Assembly: GCF_001272835.1 (NCBI RefSeq) | Contig: NZ_CP010546.1 | Location: 572,809 to 604,808 of the forward strand | Direction of reading: 5' to 3' | From: Mycoplasmoides pneumoniae FH | GTDB taxonomy: Bacteria; Bacillota_I; Bacilli_A; Mycoplasmatales; Mycoplasmoidaceae | DNA: 32,000 bases | In this document: positions 22,408 to 31,242 of the stretch, piece by piece | How the letters are laid out: every line of letters begins with the position of its first letter | How positions within the stretch are numbered: the first letter of the stretch is position 1 | The notes under the pieces: model-generated | What the model was told of the DNA's origin: nothing | What the model saw: the letters and a program-made list of their open reading frames with translations, nothing else | Database searches by the model: none | Position numbers and translations under genes: made by a program

Positions 22408-23038
22408 CTTTAAATTGTTGTACGGTTTGAAGTGGATCACTAGCATCCCTAATGGTACGCCCAGCAATAAAGATATAAATGGGAATATCCTTAAATAACT
22501 GGATGTCGTTGAGGGTAATGCCGCCGGTAACGGTGACCTTAAAGCCCAAATCCGCTAAGCGTTTCACTGCTTGCAAATCCTTATCTGATCAGTTGACTCC
22601 CGCTGCTTGGGCATCACGGGAACGGTGTCACACTACCTGCTGAACTCCCACTTGTTTTCACTGCGTTACCTGCTCCCAAGTGAAGTTACTGGTCATTTCC
22701 ACCTGGGTTTCTTTTATGGGCGTGTAACTGTTACCCACAGTTACCACATCCTTTACGGTGGGCAATTCCGCTGCACAAATGACCGTGGTAAAGTGTGCCC
22801 CAGCATCAAAGAACATTTGGCTAAACACCTTCCCCGCATCAGCAATCTTGCCATCAGCCACTATTAACTTATGGGGATAGCGTTTGGCAATTTCTTTAAC
22901 AGCATTAACGCCCTCCGCTGTTAGTAAGATAGTGCCCACTTCAATAACATCAACAGCATCCCCGACTTTAGCCAGGTCATTTAAAGCACTCGCTAAACTG
23001 AGGTTATCAAGCGCAATTTGGATTAAAGGTAAAGCCAT
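22382..23038 (-). CDS. ulaD: 3-keto-L-gulonate-6-phosphate decarboxylase UlaD-like, 218 aa
   Basis: [73 protein letters not shown]; TGA(Trp) read-through to TAA 22382; overlaps ulaE start. Confidence 0.94.
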
Positions 23039-23039
23039 A

Positions 23040-23519
23040 TTAAGTTAAATATTTGTGTAAGTTAACCCGATCAATCACAGCAAACAAGCTGGTCTCATCA
23101 CAACAGTCCAACAAGTCCTTAACCACTTGAGTATCTTCTACTAGGGCCGCAATTTGTGGTAAAGCTTCTGTCGTATGAATGGCAGCGCTGGTAGCCGCTA
23201 ATCCAATTAACAAGCGCACCGGGCGGGGATCGTTGTCAAAGTAAACTGGTTCCTTTAGGGTCACTAAAGAGAAGCAGTTTTGCTGTACCGTACCGTTATT
23301 CTGGGCATGAGGCATGGCGACATTTTCCGCAATAATGAAATACGGACCGTACTGAGCTACACTCTTTAGAATGTCATCAAAGTAAGCTGGTTGGACTAAC
23401 TTGGCAGCAATTAAAGGATGGATGCAGAGCTGTATCGCTTGTTTTCAGTCCTGCGCGGTTTGGTGCAACCGCACGGTGTGGTGTTGCTTTAAGACGGCCT
23501 TAAAATCGAGCTTTGTCAT
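23040..23519 (-). CDS. ulaC: Ascorbate-type PTS EIIA component, 159 aa
   Basis: ORF 23040..23315 extends via TGA(Trp) to ATG 23519 (MTKLDFKAVLKQHHTVRLHQTAQDWKQAIQLC); IAENVAMPHAQN active-site His region. Confidence 0.92.
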
Positions 23520-23520
23520 C

Positions 23521-23808
23521 TTAAAGCACCTTACTTAACGCTTGCTTAATTTCGTTTTCATCCATCAGGTTTAACACCCCAACAATCTTGGCCTTAGCAT
23601 TCGGGTTAAACTCACTCGTTAAGTGAATCGAGGAAATAATAATGTCAGCGCTGTGCTCCATCCCCTTGGTTTGTCCCATTGACAAAGCTTCCACTTTGGC
23701 GGTGTAGCCCAACTCCTTCATAATCTTTTCAACCTTAATCTTGATTAGCATGCTCGTACCCATGCCGTTACCACAAGCAGCAATAATGTGTAATTTCTTA
23801 TTTTCCAT
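23521..23808 (-). CDS. ulaB: Ascorbate-type PTS EIIB component, 95 aa
   Basis: KLHIIAACGNGMGTSMLIKIKVEKIMKELG with phosphocysteine loop. Confidence 0.95.
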   Translation of the reverse strand: MENKKLHIIAACGNGMGTSMLIKIKVEKIMKELGYTAKVEALSMGQTKGMEHSADIIISSIHLTSEFNPNAKAKIVGVLNLMDENEIKQALSKVL

Positions 23809-23810
23809 GG

Positions 23811-25793
23811 TTAGTTATTTAAATCTAATTGTGGGTTAATTTTGAGTAATTGTTGTAATTTAGTTACTTTAGTTTGCTTACCATTGTCAATAATTTGTGC
23901 CAGCAAGATTAAACCAACGGTAGCCAAAATTACTAAGATCCAACCACCAATTACATTGTAAGCCCCAATTCAAACTAACAACCCAAAGTAAAGATTCCAG
24001 TCAGCCATTCCAATAAAACCGTTGTCAACGGGTGATGCACTTTTACTGATCCACTCAATTGCTTGTGCTAGCGTACTGTTAACAGCTTTTAAACTGTTAA
24101 AGCTATCGGATTTAACAAAGCTTTGCGCTTCGGTTATCCGGTTAACACCAGTAGCATTTACAACCTTTTCTACGGCTGTTTTTAATGCCGAACCGTTGTT
24201 ATTGTCCAAACTATTACCCATTAACGCCTTTAAATCAAAGCTTTGTTTAGCATCTAACAGTGCCGAAGCCTGGTAAGCGTTTGATACGGTGCGCAGCGCA
24301 AATGAAATCACAATAATTTCTAAAAAGCCAATAATACCCGGGAGCAGTAAGGCCGCCTTCCAACCACCCTCGGCATTAGCATACACGCCAAAGGCACCAC
24401 TGTTAAAGAAGAGTGTAATAAACAAAGGAATCGCCACAAAGCTAAACTGGTTACCCGGAATATAGCTAATGCCAGCCATAATGGCAACAGCTAAAAACTG
24501 ACCAATGACCCCACTTAAAAACCCAAAGGTCACGGAGTTAATTGAAAACCCATAAACAGCTGCAATATCAACCGCTACCACGGCCCCTGGTACTACCTTT
24601 TCACTAATACCTTGAAACGCCTGTTGTAACTCAGTGATAAACATCCTTACCCCAGTCATAATGGCAATTAAGCTGGCCACCATTTTCAAAGCACCCCCAA
24701 TAATGTTGAGCGTAAAGTTAGCTCCGCCAAAGGTAGTGTTTCAAATCTCTAAACCATTAATGGCACCAAATTTGTCCCAGTTAATTAACAGTGGTTTATC
24801 ACCCTTGTAACTAGCCAAAATCACAATAAACAACACCACAAACAAACTAAGGATAATGATCGTTTGGGTGAAGATATTATCTTCAAAGATCTTTAGGGCC
24901 TTAGGCAGTTTTTTGTGCTCGGCACTATCGTTTTTGTCACCAAAGTACTTGCCCAATTTAGCAACCGTCATAATCCCTAACATCTGCTGGTGACCAATCG
25001 AAAAACCAGCATTATTGGTTACCTTATTGGTCACTAAATAGGTACCCGTAGAGGCCGTAGACCAGTAAACTCCCAAAAAGATACCACTAATAATCACTAG
25101 ACCGGCTTGGGCACCGTAAGCAATGCCCGTACCCAACAACGGAATTTGGCGGAACAAGACAATATAGAACAGCGTAGTAACTACCGCTGCTTGTTGCAAC
25201 ATAACGTGTCCAGTAACCATAATCGAATTGGTGTTAGTTCAACGCTTTAACCCCACAAAGATAATGTTGACAATAAAGCCCACTAACAGCGAAAAGGCAA
25301 TCAAGGACACATAGTCATTGTTCAAGAAACTGTTCGTAAAGAAATCGTTCGCTGATGCTAAGGAAAAGTAAGGATCCAATAGTACCACACCAGTACCCCC
25401 TAAACCCTTAATCGTGTCAAAAACGGGACGGGCGGTGGACACCAACACGCCACTACCAATGCTTAACAGGATAAAGCCAATTACGGTCTTTAGTGCCCCC
25501 ACCACCGATTGCACCCCACCACGACCTAAAGCAAGGTAACCAATTAGGGTAATAACACCTAACAATAGCGCTGGTTGACGCAAAAAGTTATCGAGGTATA
25601 CCCGCGTAATTAAAAAGATAAAGGCATCACCAAAGGCTTGGGCCGAAAACGGGGTTACTCCCTTACTAACTAAGTTCGGTAATCCTGCACGCAGTAATAC
25701 TGTCAAGAGAATTACCACCAGGTTGATCAAAGCAAAAACGGATCAACCGATAATTAACTTACGTTTTTGTTGGAGCTTAATTTTGTTGAGCAT
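23811..25793 (-). CDS. ulaA: Ascorbate-type PTS EIIC component (UlaA/SgaT), 660 aa
   Basis: Three ORFs in frame with ATG 25793 (MLNKIKLQQKRKLIIGWSVFALINLVVILLTV..); highly hydrophobic; GQQMLGIMTVAKLGKYFGDK. Confidence 0.93.
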
Positions 25794-25821
25794 TACTCTA
25801 TTTTTAGTTGTTTTTTAAGTG

Positions 25822-26847
25822 CTAATACCCGTGGATGCACAGCCTTGGGATTAAACTTCCGCGGTGCATCAAAGGCCAGGATTTCAGCGGGATTTTCGAC
25901 CAAGATGGTGTTAATGGCCGCATCGGAAACTCCCACTTCTTTAAGGAGCGGAATAAAGCGTTCAAACAGATATGCAAACCCAAAGCACTCCTTCCCTTTT
26001 TCTAAACCATAGTGTTTTGGTACAGTACCCGCCCCGCATCTAAGGCCAGGGTAATGTGTTTAACAAAGCCCAAGTCCACTAAGTATTTAATGTGTTTAGC
26101 CAATAAACAATCGGGGTAATACTTCACCCGATCGGGCCCATCAAAACACAGGGTCACACCCAGTTCCCGAATAATCTTGGCATAGTAATACTCATCGGGA
26201 TTCTTGTTTAAGTGCGATAGTTAAATTTTCCGCGGATTAACGCCAAAATCAATCAGGTGTTGTACTGCTTCATATGCCATGGTACCGAGTTGGGTGTGCA
26301 CGAGTACGGGAGCACCAGTAGTAATCGAAGTAATCGCGACTGCTTCCAAGGCCTTTAATTCCAACCGGTCAATCGCAGCATAGCCCGTACCAGCTTTAAT
26401 AATGCCTGCCTTAGCCTTGCCCCGTTTAACCACGGGACCGGAATAGTTATACAAATCCATACCCTCTTCTATTTCAGCGACCAACATCGGCACAATTTCA
26501 TTAACTGGCACTTGTGCTAACCAAGAACTTCCCTTGTCATAGAAAGCAGCCTTGTGAAAACCAGTGGCCATAATAATGTTCAGCTTGCCCTTTAGTTGTT
26601 CTGCAATCGCTACCATCCGTTTGACATCACGGCCCACATTCGGTGGATCCATGGTGACAATGCTCCGACCACCATGGTGGACAAATTACAAACACTCTTT
26701 AATAGCAGCTTCATTCGATAACATCACAAAATCAGGGTGCTCTTTGGCTTCCGGACCCCAATTCTTAATTAAATGATCGTGACAGTCACAAATACCTAAA
26801 TCCTTAGGGTCAATGTCCCCTAAAACTGTTCTTACAAATCTTTTCAT
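25822..26847 (-). CDS. ulaG: Phosphotriesterase-like protein annotated in mycoplasmas as UlaG (L-ascorbate-6-P lactonase role); frame interrupted by in-frame TAA at codon 54 (26686..26688)
   Basis: MKRFVRTVLGDIDPKDLGICDCHDHLIKNWGPEAKEHPDFVMLSNEAAIKECL-TAA-FVHHGGRSIVTMDPPNVGRDVKRM...ILVENPAEILAFDAPRKFNPRLCIHGY; 342 codons otherwise open with TGA=Trp. Confidence 0.85.
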
Positions 26848-26962
26848 TTCTAAATGGACGTTAAATGGTTTAAGTGTATTGAAATAACCCTAATAATGTG
26901 TAAGCTACTGGATAATTTGCCATTAACAGTTGTAAAGCTGGCAACTATTTTTAGAATCAGCC

Positions 26963-27691
26963 ATGGATCAAAAAATGATAAATGACCTCAAAGAACAGGT
27001 TTTTCAAACGAATTTATTACTACCCAAATATGGCTTAGTCATCCACACTTGGGGTAATGTTTCGATGATTGCCCCGAACCGTCAGTTCTTTGTCATTAAA
27101 CCAAGTGGTGTGAGCTATGACAAGATGCGTGCCCAAGATATGGTAGTGGTCGATTTGGACAACAATGTTCTAGATACCAACGGCCTCAAACCATCAAGTG
27201 ATACCCCAACCCATGCGTTAATGTACAAACATTGTCCAGATATTAAAGCTATTGTGCACACCCACTCTACTTTAGCGACATCGTTTGCTCAAGCCGATAA
27301 GCCGATTCCTTGTCTTGGTACTACCCATGCTGATAACTTCTTTGGACCAATCCCGTGTACTAGGGCTTTAAGTGACAGTGAAATTAATGGAGCTTATGAA
27401 CATAATACTGGTTTAGTCATTCTGGAACACCTCAAAAACAACCAGGTTGATGTCAATGCTTGTGCGGCCATCTTAGTCAAAGAACACGGTTCGTTTGTTT
27501 GGTCCAATAAGAATGGCAAGGATGCAGTGGACCGGGCGTTAACTTTAGAACAAGTGGCCCAAATGGCCTTATATACCCAAATGATCAATCCCCACATGAA
27601 AGAAGCAAACCCAGCGTTACAACAAAAGCACTATAACCGCAAACATGGTAAAGATGCTTACTATGGACAAAATACTAAGCAAGAAGATTAA
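26963..27691 (+). CDS. ulaF: L-ribulose-5-phosphate 4-epimerase UlaF/AraD-like, 242 aa
   Basis: LPKYGLVIHTWGNVSMI, FVIKPSGVSYDKM, IKAIVHTHSTLATSFAQADKPIPCLGTTHADNFFG, VLVKEHGSFVW. Confidence 0.96.
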   Translation: MDQKMINDLKEQVFQTNLLLPKYGLVIHTWGNVSMIAPNRQFFVIKPSGVSYDKMRAQDMVVVDLDNNVLDTNGLKPSSDTPTHALMYKHCPDIKAIVHTHSTLATSFAQADKPIPCLGTTHADNFFGPIPCTRALSDSEINGAYEHNTGLVILEHLKNNQVDVNACAAILVKEHGSFVWSNKNGKDAVDRALTLEQVAQMALYTQMINPHMKEANPALQQKHYNRKHGKDAYYGQNTKQED

Positions 27692-28136
27692 AGTGAACTG
27701 GTTGGGCGGGGTGTTTTGGTTATTACCTAACTTACTCGATCTGTTTTCCGCTAGCAAACGTAAAGCGAGTGTGCGACCCTACCAAAGCTTATTGGAACTG
27801 GTTCAAGAAAACTTCTTGAACCGGTATGACCTCGTGCACTTTAGCTTTAATGGTGACCATGACTTCTTTCACTTTAATGATTTACAAGCCATTAGGAGCT
27901 TTAACTTTACGATAGAAGAGGAACAACTAGGAGCAATGCAACCAGATGAGGTTTTACTGTTTGAACCTGTGGATCGTGTAACAGTGGAATTAGATCAAAA
28001 GGGTTTGAGTTTAATCCACAGTGGCAAAGCTTTTTGTGCTAGTGCAAACTACTTTAAGCACTGGCTAAAACGCGTACCACAGCAAGACAAAGTGACCCTA
28101 GTGTGGCGAAAATCAGGTTTTGAATTAAAGCAGTAG
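27645..28136 (+). CDS. Uncharacterised protein overlapping the ulaF 3' end (probable start ATG 27663, 157 aa)
   Basis: MDKILSKKIKVNWLGGVFWLLPNLLDLFSASKRKASVRPYQSLLELVQENFLNRYDLVHFSFNGDHDFFHFNDLQAIRSF...; long open frame co-directional with ulaF. Confidence 0.7.
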   Translation: MVKMLTMDKILSKKIKVNWLGGVFWLLPNLLDLFSASKRKASVRPYQSLLELVQENFLNRYDLVHFSFNGDHDFFHFNDLQAIRSFNFTIEEEQLGAMQPDEVLLFEPVDRVTVELDQKGLSLIHSGKAFCASANYFKHWLKRVPQQDKVTLVWRKSGFELKQ

Positions 28137-28157
28137 AATTACTCTAATACTATATAG

Positions 28158-29864
28158 CACTTCTCCCCCACGCTTTCCCGTTTCTCCACCGGGTTCAACC
28201 TCGCGGGGTCGGTGCTCGACCAGGTGTTGGACTATATTCCCTGGATTGGGAATGGGTACAGGTATGGGAATAACCACCGGGGTGTGGATGATATAACCGC
28301 GCCTCAAACCAGCGCGGGGTCGTCCAGCGGAACTAGTACGAACACAAGTGGTTCGCGTTCCTTTCTCCCGACGTTTTCGAATGTCGGCGTTGGCCTCAAA
28401 GCGAATGTCCAGGGCACCCTCGGGGGCAGTCAGACGACGACTACGGGGAACAATATTCCCAAATGACCCACCCTCGACCAAGCCAACCTCCAGCTCTGAA
28501 CGGGGGCGGGGTGAAGGAATGATAAGACTACAAGTGGTTCAACCGGCAATGCCAATGACACCAAGTTCACGAGTGCTACGGGCAGTGGGAGTGGGCAGGG
28601 CAGTTCTTCAGGTACAAATACTTCCGCGGGGAATCCTGATGGGCTTCAGGCTGATAAAGTTGATCAAAACGGTCAGGTGAAAACAAGCGTTCAAGAAGCC
28701 ACTTCAGGGGACAACTTGACGAATTACACCAACCTCCCCCCCAACCTCACCCCCACCGCTGATTGACCGAACGCGCTGTCATTCACCAACAAGAACAACG
28801 CGCAGCGCGCCCAGCTGTTCCTGCGCGGCCTGTTGGGCAGCATCCCGGTGTTGGTTAATAAGTCCGGCCAAGATGATAACAGTAAGTTTAAGGCGGAGGA
28901 CCAAAAATGGTCCTACACCGACTTACAGTCGGACCAAACCAAACTGAACCTCCCCGCTTACGGTGAGGTGAATGGGTTGTTGAATCCGGCGTTGGTGGAA
29001 ACCTATTTTGGGAACACGCGAGCGAGTGGTTCGGGGTCCAACACGACCAGTTCACCCGGTATCGGTTTTAAAATTCCCGAACAAAGTGGCACAAACACAA
29101 CGTCGAAGGCTGTGCTGATCACCCCCGGGTTGGCTTGAACGCCGCAAGACGTTGGTAACCTCGTTGTCAGTGGCACCAGCTTCAGCTTCCAGCTCGGCGG
29201 GTGGTTAGTTACGTTCACGGACTTTATCAAACCCCGCGCTGGTTACCTCGGGCTCCAGTTAACGGGTCTCGATGTAAGTGAAGCGACCCAAAGGGAGTTA
29301 ATTTGGGCCAAGCGGCCCTGAGCGGCCTTTCGTGGCAGTTGGGTCAACCGGCTGGGCCGCGTGGAGAGTGTGTGGGATTTCAAGGGGGTGTGGGCGGATC
29401 AAGCTCAGTTGGCCGCGCAAGCAGCTACAAGTAGTACCACCACCACCGCAACAGGGGCTACCTTACCGGAGCACCCGAATGCCCTCGCGTACCAAATTAG
29501 CTATACCGACAAGGATTTGTACAAGGCTTCCACTCAAGGTTCGGGTCAAACCAATTCCCAAAACAATTCGCCCTACCTCCATTTTATTAAACCTAAGAAA
29601 GTCGAAAGCACGACCCAACTCGACCAGGGCTTAAAAAACCTGTTGGACCCCAACCAGGTTCGCACCAAGCTGCGCCAAAGCTTTGGTACAGACCATTCCA
29701 CCCAGCCCCAGCCCCAATCGCTCAAAACAACGACACCGGTATTTGGGAGGAGTAGTGGTAACCTCAGTAGTGTGTTTAGTGGTAGGGGTGCTGGAGGGGG
29801 TTCTTCAGGCTCAGGTCAATCTGGCGTGGATCTCTCCCCCGTTGAACGGGTGAGTGGTCACTAA
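28158..29864 (+). repeat. RepMP2/3-like fragment of P1 adhesin (MPN141)
   Basis: [58 protein letters not shown]...[10 protein letters not shown] in one frame with TGA=Trp; matches the remembered P1 central region. Confidence 0.92.
28212..29864 (+). CDS. P1-adhesin-like protein encoded by the RepMP2/3 copy (no ATG; possible GTG start)
   Basis: ORFs 28212, 28833, 29361 share one frame with Trp TGA codons; in-frame TAG directly precedes the homologous region at 28155..28157. Confidence 0.7.
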
Positions 29865-29865
29865 C

Positions 29866-29901
29866 TATTAATAGGAACTTTTCTTATTAATAGGAACTTT
29901 T
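29866..29901 (+). repeat. Two 17-nt direct repeats TATTAATAGGAACTTTT at the RepMP2/3 junction
   Basis: 29866..29882 and 29885..29901. Confidence 0.85.
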
Positions 29902-29927
29902 ACTTTCAAAAAAGTTTTGAAGTTATT

Positions 29928-30230
29928 TTGGTGTCTTTACCAACTTTAAGCAATTTAGTGAACGAATACCCAAAAAGTATGAAATTAGTTAAATTAGCGA
30001 GGCTTCACCGCTTTTTAAAACAAGACCAATTGCAACTTGTTCCTTTGTTTAGTCCAAACTTTTTGCAAGTTTTGTTGGCGCTTCTCAATAAACTGGTCAA
30101 TTTATTTAGTGAAAACACAACAATGAAAACAAATAAAAAATACGCCTTTGCGGCGTTGCTAATGCAAGCTCAAGCTAAGCTCCCAAATTCATTTAAATTC
30201 TTTCTTTCAAAGAAAGGAGGTATGGCTTAA
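29928..30230 (+). CDS. Small ORF (100 aa, GTG start) immediately upstream of DUF16 gene, overlapping its start codon
   Basis: ...NKKYAFAALLMQAQAKLPNSFKFFLSKKGGMA-TAA where TAATG shares A with the DUF16 ATG. Confidence 0.45.
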   Translation: MVSLPTLSNLVNEYPKSMKLVKLARLHRFLKQDQLQLVPLFSPNFLQVLLALLNKLVNLFSENTTMKTNKKYAFAALLMQAQAKLPNSFKFFLSKKGGMA

Positions 30231-30841
30231 TGAAAGAGAAAATTCCGTTTTATAACGAAAAAGAATTCCATGACATGGTGAAAAAGACCAAAAAGGGCAC
30301 TTTTTCAGGTTGATATATCATTGACAAAGATAACAACAGTGTGGAATTCTCTGGCAAATTCAACAGACAATTTAAACTTAACAAACCGGTTATACCAGTG
30401 AACACGGAATACGTAACGCGTAAAGAGTTTAACGAGTACAAAAACTCAAACGACCAACGACTTACAAAGATTGAAACCACTTTGGCCGCCCAAGGTGAAC
30501 AAATCAACAAATTGACTCAAACTGTTGAAAAACAAGGCGAGCAAATCAATCAATTAGTTCAAGTTGTGCTTCTTCACGGTGAACAAATCAACAAATTAAC
30601 TCAAACTGTTGAAAAACAGGGCGAGCAAATTAAAGAACTTCAAATCGAGCAAAAAGCTCAGGGCGAAACCTTAAAGCTAATCTTGCAAACGCTGCAAAAG
30701 ATGAGCGATCGCTTGGACAAGATGGAAGTAAAAATGGACAAAATGGAAGTAAAAATGGACAAAATGGAAGTAAAAATGGACAAAATGGAAGTAAAAATGG
30801 ACAAAATGGAAAAAAGAATAGACAAACTTGAGTCCAAATAA
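30230..30841 (+). CDS. DUF16-family protein (RepMP1-type), 203 aa
   Basis: AAAGGAGG then ATG 30230: [92 protein letters not shown]..., one Trp TGA. Confidence 0.92.
30716..30822 (+). repeat. 21-bp tandem repeat encoding MDKMEVK
   Basis: ATGGACAAAATGGAAGTAAAA repeated ~4 times plus partial units. Confidence 0.95.
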
Positions 30842-30856
30842 CCAATGCTCAGAAAT

Positions 30857-30904
30857 AAAAATACCAACAGTGAAACCTAAAGATGCGGCGCTGTTGGTAT
30901 TTTT
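30857..30904 (+). terminator. Perfect 14-bp stem terminator after DUF16 gene
   Basis: AAAAATACCAACAG ... CTGTTGGTATTTTTTTTC. Confidence 0.9.
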
Positions 30905-30921
30905 TTCAATTCACATAAATA

Positions 30922-30963
30922 AAAAAGCCATCTGCCCAAGGTGAAAAAAACAGACGGCTTTTT
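30922..30963 (-). terminator. Second 13-bp stem hairpin, better paired as minus-strand RNA
   Basis: AAAAAGCCATCTG ... CAGACGGCTTTTT; the A/C mismatch becomes G-U on the minus strand. Confidence 0.6.
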
Positions 30964-31242
30964 GGCGATTTTGAAATTAACAGCAAGTTGTAACTTTTAG
31001 TGATTTGAATGAAAGGAATATATGACCTTTATTCTTTTAAAAAAAGAGATACATCAATTGTGCTGAAAGCCATTGCGTTAACATAAATAAATTAAGACAT
31101 AAAAAATAAACACATTAATCAAATAAGTGTGGGAACAGAAAATTAGGCTTTCAACACAAAATTTTCGTTTTCCTGCCCCCACTAAATAAATTGAGTTGGG
31201 TTTTAAAAAGCGTCAAAAATTTTAATTTAGTTTTTGCTACTT

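Noticed and set aside
25767-26012. Plus-strand ORF opposite ulaG
   Set aside because: Antisense shadow of the phosphotriesterase-like frame.
26564-26776. Plus-strand ORF spanning the TAA site in ulaG
   Set aside because: Shadow ORF; useful only to confirm the base sequence at 26683..26691.
29928-29930. Considered a frameshifted continuation of P1 sequence after 29864
   Set aside because: Translation of 29928..30230 shows no P1 similarity; it ends at the DUF16 start instead.
30716-30822. CRISPR-like array
   Set aside because: Contiguous 21-bp units with no unique spacers, inside a coding heptad repeat.
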